Source: Nitrospina sp.
Lineage (GTDB): Bacteria > Nitrospinota > Nitrospinia > Nitrospinales > VA-1
DNA: 64,000 nt
Reading direction: 5' to 3'
NCBI GenBank assembly: GCA_018673915.1
Contig: JABHBK010000059.1
Span: forward strand, 34,603 to 98,602
The notes beneath the pieces are model-generated. The model saw only the letters and a list, made by a program, of their open reading frames with translations, had not been told where the DNA came from and did not search any database. The translations under genes were made by a program, and so were the position numbers. Below are positions 45,722 to 53,802 of this stretch, piece by piece. Positions within the stretch are counted from its first letter, which is position 1, and every line of letters starts with the position of its first letter.

Positions 45722-46699
45722 GTGAATTCTGTCGAACGATTTTTTATTGCGCTGGCAAATCTATTTCCCATCTGGGTACTGACCGGAGCCGGGCTCGCCC
45801 TCTGGAAACCGGAAACCGCCACCTGGTTTCAACCTAATTGGATCCCTTATTTTCTCGGTCTCATCATGCTGAGTATGGGGCTGACCCTGAACTTAGAAAA
45901 TTTTTCCCGCGTCCTGAGGATGCCGAAATCCATCTTGCTTGGTGTTGGCCTGCAATACACCATCATGCCGGGGTTGGGCTATGCATTGGCACTGGCTTTC
46001 AACCTGCCCATCGACTTTGTTATCGGGCTCGTTCTGGTTGCCTGCTGTCCCGGCGGCACTGCCTCCAATGTAGTCTGCTTCATTGCCAAAACCCATGTCG
46101 CCCTTTCCGTCAGCCTGACCACCTGCTCAACATTGCTGGCTGTTCTTCTCACTCCGTTTCTAACTACATGGTGGGTGGAGTCCATATCTCTTGAATTAAC
46201 CGGACTGAAAGTGGATGTCGACACCCTGGGGCTTTTACTTAAAACCTTGAAGGTGGTCATCCTGCCCGTTTTGATTGGGATCTTTCTGAATCATTTTTTC
46301 CACCGCGCGGTAAAAAGAGTGGAGGCCTATACCCCTTTTATCGCTGTGTTGTCTATCGTATTCATCGTGGACTTTATCCTGGCGGCTAAAAAATCTGCCA
46401 TTCTGGAAATTGGGACTTCATTAATTTATGCGGTGATTTTGCTTCACTTGGCGGGGTTTATATTGGGATATGTTTTATCGCGCCTGCTGCATTTTTCCGA
46501 GGGAGATGCTCAAACAGTATCGATTGAGGTAGGGATGCAAAATTCCGGTCTGGCAACCGAACTGGCGAGGAGCAATTTCCCCGCTTACGGTTTGGCGACC
46601 GTACCGGGAGCTATATCCGCCCTCACCCATTGCATATTAGGCAGCATTGCCGCTGGCCTGTGCCGATGGCGCAATAAAGATAAGACAGAGCCTCGTTAA
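45722..46699 (+). CDS. Bile acid:Na+ symporter (BASS) family transporter
   Basis: 325-aa polytopic protein with CCPGGTASNV and VGMQNSGLA motifs. The start codon is GTG. Confidence 0.85.
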   Translation: MNSVERFFIALANLFPIWVLTGAGLALWKPETATWFQPNWIPYFLGLIMLSMGLTLNLENFSRVLRMPKSILLGVGLQYTIMPGLGYALALAFNLPIDFVIGLVLVACCPGGTASNVVCFIAKTHVALSVSLTTCSTLLAVLLTPFLTTWWVESISLELTGLKVDVDTLGLLLKTLKVVILPVLIGIFLNHFFHRAVKRVEAYTPFIAVLSIVFIVDFILAAKKSAILEIGTSLIYAVILLHLAGFILGYVLSRLLHFSEGDAQTVSIEVGMQNSGLATELARSNFPAYGLATVPGAISALTHCILGSIAAGLCRWRNKDKTEPR

Positions 46700-46703
46700 A
46701 GCT

Positions 46704-47753
46704 TTAGAGAGAAAACATTTCCCATGTGAGGATTTGTTCGGCAGATATGGCGACCTTGGAAGATTTTCCCAGTACACGATCTAACTCGTTGGGTGGGATT
46801 CCCGTGCCCGGACGTTTGCAAGCCAGCATGGTTGGTTCTAAAAGGGTTCCAGCCGGAATATCGACCCGTGCCACCAAACTGCGTCTGGCGGATAACCGGA
46901 CAGGGATTTCCGACTCCTGGATTTCCTTTTTTCCTTCACCCAGAATTTTTGTAACATTAAGAATATCTGATTTCAACTGGCGAAGGTCTGTCGGTTGCAT
47001 CGAAATGGACTGATCGACTCCAGGAAGTTTGCGATCAAGAGTAAAATGTTTTTCTATTAGTACCGCCCCTTGAGAAGCCGCAACCACAGCGGACAAATTA
47101 TCCAAAGTATGGTCGGATAAGCCCACCGGCAATTCAAATTCACCACTCAATCCTCTTAGGCACCCGAGATTCATCTCTTCATATTGCGAAGGATAATTAG
47201 AAACACAATGAAGAAGAATCACAGATTTTGCTTCGCGCAGAGCATGCAGAGCCTCACCGATTTCCTCGTCATTGCCCATTCCCGTCGAGAGCACAATGGG
47301 CAATCCCGTTTCGGCCGCTTTTTTCAGAAAAGGCGTGTAGGTTAAATCTGGAGAAGCAATTTTCAGCGCGGGCACACCCAGATCCACCAGCATTTCCAGC
47401 GAGGCATCATCAAAAGGCGTGGAAAACAGTGGGATATTTAAACTGCGGGCATGGGTAATGAGAACCTCGTAGTCCTCACGGGAAAGTTCGTAGCGTTGAA
47501 AAAATTCATAGAAAGGGATTTCGTTACCCGGGTTGTCCGGGTCATCGGCCATCAAGGTATTTGAAATCATCTCACGGGCCAGGAAGGTTTGCAGTTTCAC
47601 CGCATCAGCGCCATTCTCTGCGGCGGAATCAATCATACGTTTGGCCAGGTCCACATTCCCGTTATGGTTGAAACCTATTTCTGCCACGAGAAACGCAGGA
47701 TGCCCCGCTCCCAAAAGTTTTCCGCAAAACTCGAAACTATCGTTATATATCAT
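46704..47753 (-). CDS. N-acetylneuraminate-synthase family enzyme (NeuB/PseI/SpsE-like) with SAF domain
   Basis: 349 aa with AEIGFNHNGNVDLAKRMIDSAAENGADAVKLQTF. The C-terminal domain is antifreeze-like / SAF. Confidence 0.8.
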   Translation of the reverse strand: MIYNDSFEFCGKLLGAGHPAFLVAEIGFNHNGNVDLAKRMIDSAAENGADAVKLQTFLAREMISNTLMADDPDNPGNEIPFYEFFQRYELSREDYEVLITHARSLNIPLFSTPFDDASLEMLVDLGVPALKIASPDLTYTPFLKKAAETGLPIVLSTGMGNDEEIGEALHALREAKSVILLHCVSNYPSQYEEMNLGCLRGLSGEFELPVGLSDHTLDNLSAVVAASQGAVLIEKHFTLDRKLPGVDQSISMQPTDLRQLKSDILNVTKILGEGKKEIQESEIPVRLSARRSLVARVDIPAGTLLEPTMLACKRPGTGIPPNELDRVLGKSSKVAISAEQILTWEMFSL

Positions 47754-47765
47754 TTAATTCCATCC

Positions 47766-48746
47766 TTAATTTTTCTCCAAATAGACAACGGCCTGATCCC
47801 CTTTCGACTCCAAGTTTAACTCATGGGCCATTTTCTTGTAGTTTTTTATCTCTGCCTCAGAAAAAATCGATTGTGATGGATTCCTTCCATAAGAGTTCTC
47901 TGACATTAAAGGTATATTTTCTAAGTATTGTTGGCTCCCCCAAAACTGAAATTCATTGGAGTCATAGGCAATTTCCCTAATTCTAAATTTAGTTTTCTCG
48001 GCAAGCACTTTCAAGCTTTCAATAGAATATAAAAAGAAATGTCGAGGCGCATCCAACTGCACCCAATGGACTCCATACTTTTTCCAGGCTTCAGACGAAA
48101 CTATGGGAATTCTAAGCAAACAGGTTCCACCCGGAGGCATCAAGCGATAAACCTTTTCAAGAGTCTCGATCGGGTTCGGCAAATGCTCAAAGGAATGATG
48201 AAACATAACCACATCCTGCTCTTCTTCTAATTCATGTAGCCATGCTTTTTTTATAGTTAAGCCATTGGGATACTCGATATCCTTTTCTATATGGGGTTCT
48301 ACTCCCAATACATTTTCGAATCCTGCTTCTTTAAGAAAATAAAGCAGGAAGCCCGTTCCGCACCCCACATCAACAATTCTTTTTTTGCGGTCCAATTTTA
48401 AACGCGACATGCTGGACATATCATCGTCCTCCGGGTGAAACAGCCTTATCAGGCTGCCCCATATCCCCTCATTTAAAACACTATAGCTATCCCTTTTTCT
48501 TCTAGCCCAACCCACAACAGAATTCGGATATAAATTTTCCGGGCTCTGCGAAAGACTGTAATAATCTTGCTGATAGTAAGAGGACATGTCTGGAGGAAAT
48601 TCTGATATTTGCAGACACTCGCATTTTGCGCACTGAAAGTAATCAAACTCTTCCTTCAATCCAAACATCATTTCACGAACGGTATAAACAGGGTTTTCAC
48701 CTGAAAACCCGCAAATACGACAAGGACGACTCTCAATATTGTTCAT
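47766..48746 (-). CDS. Class I SAM-dependent methyltransferase with N-terminal Zn-ribbon
   Basis: I moved the start to ATG 48746 (MNNIESRPCRICGF...CAKCEC), 8 nt after the flippase stop. It has the motif VDVGCGTGF. Confidence 0.7.
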   Translation of the reverse strand: MNNIESRPCRICGFSGENPVYTVREMMFGLKEEFDYFQCAKCECLQISEFPPDMSSYYQQDYYSLSQSPENLYPNSVVGWARRKRDSYSVLNEGIWGSLIRLFHPEDDDMSSMSRLKLDRKKRIVDVGCGTGFLLYFLKEAGFENVLGVEPHIEKDIEYPNGLTIKKAWLHELEEEQDVVMFHHSFEHLPNPIETLEKVYRLMPPGGTCLLRIPIVSSEAWKKYGVHWVQLDAPRHFFLYSIESLKVLAEKTKFRIREIAYDSNEFQFWGSQQYLENIPLMSENSYGRNPSQSIFSEAEIKNYKKMAHELNLESKGDQAVVYLEKN

Positions 48747-48754
48747 TATATAAA

Positions 48755-50296
48755 TTAATTCCTTGAAGGACGAACAAACCACTTTGACCAGCGATCCAAT
48801 TTCGGATAAACATTTATAAACAGTTGCCGCTGTTCATCATTAAAAGGCTTCACAAAAATAAGTAATGCCAGCAGTGTGATTAAATATAAAATCAAATTAG
48901 TTACCAAATGTCCGCTACCCAACCAGGACAATATCAGGGGCGGTATGGAGGCTACGAGGCAGTACAAAAAACAATATCCAATAACGGAAAATACCGGGGT
49001 AATTTCCATTTCTGCTGTGAGGGTTTTTAACTGCCTTAAAACCATATAAACCATCACTAGTCCTGTTGCCGTTATAGCTCCCATCATGCCAAAAGTTGGG
49101 ATCAGCATAAGGTTTAACCCAATATTCAATATGCTGCCTTCTACCGTGGAGCGAAGAGCCACACCCTGACGCCGGATAACATATAAGGAAGAGACGGTAA
49201 AATTTATTCCCAAAGCGGTTTGAATGCCTGCAAAGGTTGCATAAACTCCCAATGCGCCAGCTCCCTCTACAAACTCCGAGCCATATATAAAACTGATCAG
49301 ATGAGAAGCGTTTAGAACACAAAAAACATATATGGGAATGGTCAAATAGGAAGCCAGCCCAACAATTTGACAATACAGGTTTGACAGACTCTTAATCCCA
49401 TCCTTTGCAAAGGTCTCAGAAAACAGAGACAGCGCCATGGGCGCCACACCGGCAAGAAGAAAGGCCATCGTTCCCCCGAGCCCTGTAACCAAATGATACA
49501 ACCCTACATCCCCACGACCCACATTAAAAAAATTCAACAATAAGACATCACTTTGCGTCATGAGACCAAAACCCAAAAAGCTGATCCCATAGGACACCCA
49601 GGCTAAATGACCCATGTCGTCCCATTCGGGTTTTTTTGTCGGCCCTATATACTGCCTGCGCGCCAAAACCAAATAAATGATACTGGTCACACTTGCGGAA
49701 AAAATATAAGCATAAAGAACTCCGCTGATTCCATAATCTAGCGAAATAAACAATCCCAGTAAAATTAGGTTGAGCAGAGCTCCTAAAATTTCTGTTTTGG
49801 CCAAAGTTTTAAAGCGCAGCAATGTCATGAACAAAGTGCTCAAGATAGAGTCAACAGTTATGACAATGAAATATAGAATCAATATCCAACGAAATTCTAT
49901 AAGCTGCTGGTAATTAATAAAATCGAGGTAAAACGGCAAAATGAAATACAACAGGATGCAGAAACAAAAGGTTGTCAAAAATCTTAAAACCAGCAACCTC
50001 CCAACCAGATATTTCCCCTGCAAGCCTGAAGGATCTTGAACATTAAGCTCAGGAAGTTTTTTATTAATCAGCGTCTCCAGACCCAAGGAGTTCATAAGTC
50101 TGATAAATACCGGGATCACTAGCAGAGTGGCATAGTCCCCCAAACGTTCTTTACCCAGATAACGTGTGAGAAGAATCGAAACACCAAAAAGCAGGATCTG
50201 TACGCAGACCTTGCCGAGAACACTCCAGGATATATTTGATATGAATCTTTGAAAGGAAGACAAGTGGAATTGCTCCAGCGGGGCGAACACCCCCAT
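48755..50296 (-). CDS. Polysaccharide biosynthesis protein / MOP-superfamily (Wzx-like) flippase
   Basis: 513 aa with about 12-14 TM helices, typical of oligosaccharide flippases. Confidence 0.7.
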   Translation of the reverse strand: MGVFAPLEQFHLSSFQRFISNISWSVLGKVCVQILLFGVSILLTRYLGKERLGDYATLLVIPVFIRLMNSLGLETLINKKLPELNVQDPSGLQGKYLVGRLLVLRFLTTFCFCILLYFILPFYLDFINYQQLIEFRWILILYFIVITVDSILSTLFMTLLRFKTLAKTEILGALLNLILLGLFISLDYGISGVLYAYIFSASVTSIIYLVLARRQYIGPTKKPEWDDMGHLAWVSYGISFLGFGLMTQSDVLLLNFFNVGRGDVGLYHLVTGLGGTMAFLLAGVAPMALSLFSETFAKDGIKSLSNLYCQIVGLASYLTIPIYVFCVLNASHLISFIYGSEFVEGAGALGVYATFAGIQTALGINFTVSSLYVIRRQGVALRSTVEGSILNIGLNLMLIPTFGMMGAITATGLVMVYMVLRQLKTLTAEMEITPVFSVIGYCFLYCLVASIPPLILSWLGSGHLVTNLILYLITLLALLIFVKPFNDEQRQLFINVYPKLDRWSKWFVRPSRN

Positions 50297-50428
50297 GAAT
50301 GCAGATCAGGACAATAATAGTACCCGTGCAAGCCCAGACCCTATGGTTTTAAAACATTACACGTTCTGGACGGCTTATTATACACTAGGCTTTACATATA
50401 TTTTAAATCCTTAAAAAGGAGAAACCTC

Positions 50429-50707
50429 TTGCAGTACAAAGTTTTCATCGCCGTAGAATTTAAAGGTTTAGGGGAAGAGGGCCTTAAGGAGATTGCAGAA
50501 CGGCTGGAAGAACATGGTTTGGAGAAAATTCCTACAGTCAGTTCTGCATGGGAGTACGCCTGCGAAGCGGAGGACGATACCGATGCCAAAGATAAAGCTA
50601 TTCAGGAGGTTGTCAATGTAGTCCGAACTTATCCCTGCGAGATGGGAATTGTCGTTCAGGCCGGGACATCCCAAATACTCAGACGAAAGAAAAAATTCGA
50701 TCCGTAA
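50429..50707 (+). CDS. Hypothetical acidic 92-aa protein
   Basis: The start is TTG, with AGGAG 7 nt upstream. I recognise no family. Confidence 0.5.
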   Translation: MQYKVFIAVEFKGLGEEGLKEIAERLEEHGLEKIPTVSSAWEYACEAEDDTDAKDKAIQEVVNVVRTYPCEMGIVVQAGTSQILRRKKKFDP

Positions 50708-50856
50708 ACATTGCCGACCTTTTCCTAACATCAAATGGTATGATATACACCACTCTAGAAAATAATAGTAAATCCGCAATTTGCCCCATCAGATAAGGGT
50801 ATATACGGCTTGAGGAGCTGAACAGAACCGTTTCGGGTCCTCGAAGAGATAATCCA

Positions 50857-51993
50857 ATGAATATAATTTTAAACAGTTACTGCAATCTAACCTGCAATTA
50901 CTGTTTTGCAGATGAGTACATGGAAGAAACGGTGAAGACACCGGGAAAATCCATGGAATATGAGTATTTCCAAAACGAGTTCCTGCCAAAAATCAAAAAT
51001 GCGCCCATCATCAATTTCATGGGTGGGGAACCTACTCTACATCCCCAGTTCAATGATATTTTTCAAAATACTTTTGACCAGATCCTACCATTTTCTCATT
51101 TAAGTGTATTCACTAATGGGTTGATGCCGGAAAAAGTGTTGGACTTGATACTGAAGACTGCCAGTCCAAGTGGTGCCCACAGCAAACAAATCACCTTTGC
51201 AATTCTATTGAATTGGCAAACAAGGGAAAATATTTCAGAAAAAAACCACGAACGATGTAAGGAAGTCGCCGAACGTATGTTGCGGGTCAATGGGTATAGC
51301 GTTACCTTTAGCATCAACCTTTACTCCAAGGATCAGGATCTCGAAAAACAGTGCGAGGAAATCGATACGATTTACCAGAAAGCCGGCCTACCCCGTGACA
51401 AGCCATACAAAATCCGGGTCAGCCCTGCATTCCCCATCATAGGAGGGGAAGCCAACACTTATCTCCCCATTAGAGATTTTCCAAAAGTTGGAAAACAAAT
51501 GCTTAAAATTATGGAGCGATTCCCGCAATTATGTTTTCGATTTGATTGCTCGCTGCCTCCTTGTTTTCTGGATGATATCAGCGAAGACCAGCTTGCATTT
51601 ACCGATCGGATTTATTATCACGGCAACAAACAGGTTCCCCCGATGGAAGAATGGAACCGAAACGAATTCTATTTCGGATGTGCGGACGGTAGCCCAATGG
51701 ATATTGACTCCAAAGGGGACTGCTTCAACTGTTTTCCCTTTCACAACCTAACACTGGGAAATGTTGCAGATTTTAAAGAGGTGAACTCTATCGCTATGGC
51801 TCAGATGGGAGCTAAATTTCTGACCACGGTATTCGAGAAAACCGAGGCAAAAGAACCTTGCCGATCCTGCCCGCATTATATGGTTCGGTGCTCAAGTGGT
51901 TGCTTTGCTTACAATTTTGTTGGGGAAGGCGGCGAACCGCCGCAGGTAACTGAGCACCCCTTAGCAGGGGAGGCAGATAGGGCTACGCCTTGA
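50857..51993 (+). CDS. Radical SAM enzyme with C-terminal SPASM/twitch-like Cys-rich domain
   Basis: 378 aa with CNLTCNYC (CX3CX2C) at residues 9-16 and GGEPTLHP. C-terminal Cys clusters are present (CFRFDCSLPPC, GCADG...GDCFNCFPF, CRSCPHYMVRCSSGC). Confidence 0.8.
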   Translation: MNIILNSYCNLTCNYCFADEYMEETVKTPGKSMEYEYFQNEFLPKIKNAPIINFMGGEPTLHPQFNDIFQNTFDQILPFSHLSVFTNGLMPEKVLDLILKTASPSGAHSKQITFAILLNWQTRENISEKNHERCKEVAERMLRVNGYSVTFSINLYSKDQDLEKQCEEIDTIYQKAGLPRDKPYKIRVSPAFPIIGGEANTYLPIRDFPKVGKQMLKIMERFPQLCFRFDCSLPPCFLDDISEDQLAFTDRIYYHGNKQVPPMEEWNRNEFYFGCADGSPMDIDSKGDCFNCFPFHNLTLGNVADFKEVNSIAMAQMGAKFLTTVFEKTEAKEPCRSCPHYMVRCSSGCFAYNFVGEGGEPPQVTEHPLAGEADRATP

Positions 51994-52018
51994 GGAAATG
52001 AGCAAATACTTGATTGCA

Positions 52019-52038
52019 CCGAGAAAAGCGTTGCCAGC
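52019..52038 (+). repeat. Copy of the dispersed 20-nt intergenic box (CCGAGAAAAGCGTTGCCAGC)
   Basis: Aligned by eye with 52692-52711, 18667-18686 (minus strand) and 62684-62705. Confidence 0.6.
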
Positions 52039-52077
52039 AACTATTGCATACTGAGTCCAGCGTCACGCTGGTGGCGA

Positions 52078-52473
52078 TTAAAGAATCCGGTCCAGCTTGA
52101 CTTCCTGGCACATGATTCCAATATGAAACCCTTCGTAAGACTCCACCGGACCAAATACTAATCCTTTATGTAAGGTCATTTTTTCAAGCCCGTCACGAAT
52201 AAAGTCATCCAACTCGTCATTCTTCAACATTTTAAAACCGCCGCGTGGTTGCCGGGGGTCGTTCTTATTCCAGCCAACTTCCAGCCAGCCCAGGTTGCCG
52301 CCATCCTCTTTGGAAGCAGAACATACGCTGTATTTTTCGGCCAGAGTCATCAGCATTTTGACTCGAGCCGTTTCCCCAGGAATACTATCGATCGTCTCCT
52401 TGAGCAATTCCGCGACGTCTTTTTTTTCAACCAGAATATGTCGTATCTGAATTTGATGCGTTGCACCCGCCAT
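52078..52473 (-). CDS. Parvulin-type peptidyl-prolyl isomerase (PpiC-like) with an internal insertion
   Basis: 131 aa. The pattern IRHILV...LAEKYSVCSASKEDGGNLGW...GFHIGIM matches the PpiC rotamase pattern. Confidence 0.7.
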   Translation of the reverse strand: MAGATHQIQIRHILVEKKDVAELLKETIDSIPGETARVKMLMTLAEKYSVCSASKEDGGNLGWLEVGWNKNDPRQPRGGFKMLKNDELDDFIRDGLEKMTLHKGLVFGPVESYEGFHIGIMCQEVKLDRIL

Positions 52474-52640
52474 ACCAGTTCCTTAGATGAGTAGATTAAG
52501 ATTTATACTAAATAGGTAATGGAACAATATATAGGATTTGGTTTTCAATTTCCACCCTCTAGCGAGGGAGGCACTGGGCAAAGGCTTGTTAAGCCGCCAA
52601 AACTACTTGCTCGCCAAATAAAGTTATTGCAAATTGTTGG

Positions 52641-52688
52641 CTGCCGCTTGGCCCCTTGGCAGGGGAGGCCGCTGGCAGGAGTTTTTTT
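52641..52688 (+). terminator. Orphan GC-rich imperfect hairpin followed by T7 (terminator-like, plus orientation)
   Basis: 14 pairs can be drawn between 52641-52656 and 52661-52678, with a 4-nt loop and 3 bulges. After 3 nt a T7 run lies at 52682-52688. No annotated plus-strand gene lies upstream. Confidence 0.4.
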
Positions 52689-52691
52689 CAG

Positions 52692-52711
52692 CCGAGAGAA
52701 TCGTTGCTAGC
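52692..52711 (+). repeat. Copy of the dispersed 20-nt intergenic box (CCGAGAGAATCGTTGCTAGC)
   Basis: See 52019-52038. Confidence 0.6.
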
Positions 52712-52729
52712 CAGCGAAAGCCATTGCTC

Positions 52730-52755
52730 ATTGGCCCCACGCTTAGTGGGTTGTG
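52730..52755 (+). repeat. 26-nt box ATTGGCCCCACGCTTAGTGGGTTGTG upstream of maf
   Basis: 22 of 26 nt are identical to 58010-58035. It contains a CCCAC-N5-GTGGG hairpin, and two of the differences lie in the loop. Confidence 0.65.
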
Positions 52756-52788
52756 CCCGAATTTTATTTCATGTATGTTGCGGGGTCT

Positions 52789-53382
52789 ATGACCGAGAAC
52801 ACACCAAAACTTATTCTTGCATCACAATCTCCCCGCAGGTTGGAGCTGTTACAGCAAATTACCGACCAATTTGAAGTTGTCCCCAGCTCGGTGGAGGAAA
52901 AGCTGGATTATGGATTGCGCCCGGAAGAAAATGTCCGGTTATTGGCCCGTGCCAAGGCAGAGAATGTCGCTAAAAATTATCCTGAATGCTGGGTGATCGG
53001 TGCCGATACTCTTGTAGCTCTACACCAGGAAATATTAGGCAAGCCTGTGGATGTTTCTGATGCACATAGAATTCTCAGCCGCTTGAGCGGTAAAGAACAC
53101 CGTGTCATGACCGGCGTTTGTGTTGTCAGTCCGAAAAAAACACTCGACACGGCTGTAACCTCAAATGTCCGTTTCAAATCCCTAACCGATGAAGAAATAT
53201 CAAACTATATCCAAACCGGAGAACCAATGGATAAAGCCGGTGCTTACGCTATACAAGGAAAGGGGAATTTTATGATCCGCGAATTTTCTGGCTCGAAATC
53301 TAATATTATTGGGCTCCCCATAGACGAATTAAAAACCCTCCTGGCAAAAACCGGTTTCCCGCCCACCTCTGTAAACGGATAA
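52789..53382 (+). CDS. maf: Maf-like nucleoside triphosphate pyrophosphatase
   Basis: I moved the start to ATG 52789 (MTENTPKLILASQSPRR). The motifs GADT and DKAGAYAIQG are present. Confidence 0.9.
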   Translation: MTENTPKLILASQSPRRLELLQQITDQFEVVPSSVEEKLDYGLRPEENVRLLARAKAENVAKNYPECWVIGADTLVALHQEILGKPVDVSDAHRILSRLSGKEHRVMTGVCVVSPKKTLDTAVTSNVRFKSLTDEEISNYIQTGEPMDKAGAYAIQGKGNFMIREFSGSKSNIIGLPIDELKTLLAKTGFPPTSVNG

Positions 53383-53571
53383 CCCTTTTTTGCCACACCT
53401 TGAACCTCTGACAATTTTCTAAAACACAAGTGAGCCAACGAAAAACCTTGACTTTTCAACAAGGTTGAGCATTTTAAACATCATAGTTTTTTAAAATTTG
53501 CTTGCGGATTAGGTCTCTTTGTAATTTAATTTATATGTAGCATCTGTTAATCAAAGACTGGAAACAAAAGA

Positions 53572-53802
53572 ATGCACTCATTGCGAAACAATATGGAGAT
53601 CCACGGCAAGTGTCCAAAATGCCAGGGGCCGATTTTCCTGAACAGCAGCATGGACTGGTATGGCAATACCATAATGAGCCTTAATTGTTGGAATGGGCAT
53701 TACCAGTGGATCAACATAGAAAACATTGAAGAGTCCAAGGACCTCTCACCAGAAACCAAGCGGGACCTTGTTGCTCATATCGGATTTTTTGATTTGTCAT
53801 GA
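53572..53802 (+). CDS. Small Zn-ribbon-like hypothetical protein (76 aa)
   Basis: It has CPKC...C..GH. The stop overlaps the next gene's start (ATGA). Confidence 0.5.
   Translation: MHSLRNNMEIHGKCPKCQGPIFLNSSMDWYGNTIMSLNCWNGHYQWINIENIEESKDLSPETKRDLVAHIGFFDLS

Noticed and set aside
50740-50796. An 18-codon mini-ORF (MIYTTLENNSKSAICPIR) just upstream of the radical SAM/SPASM gene, considered as a RiPP precursor candidate.
   Set aside because: It has no SD, contains a single Cys, and its sequence is not repeat-like or leader-like. The evidence is insufficient.
52519-52710. A 63-aa plus-strand ORF in the ppiC-maf gap.
   Set aside because: It reads through a GC hairpin, a T7 run and a dispersed repeat box, and it has only a weak SD. 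The region is better explained as non-coding structure.
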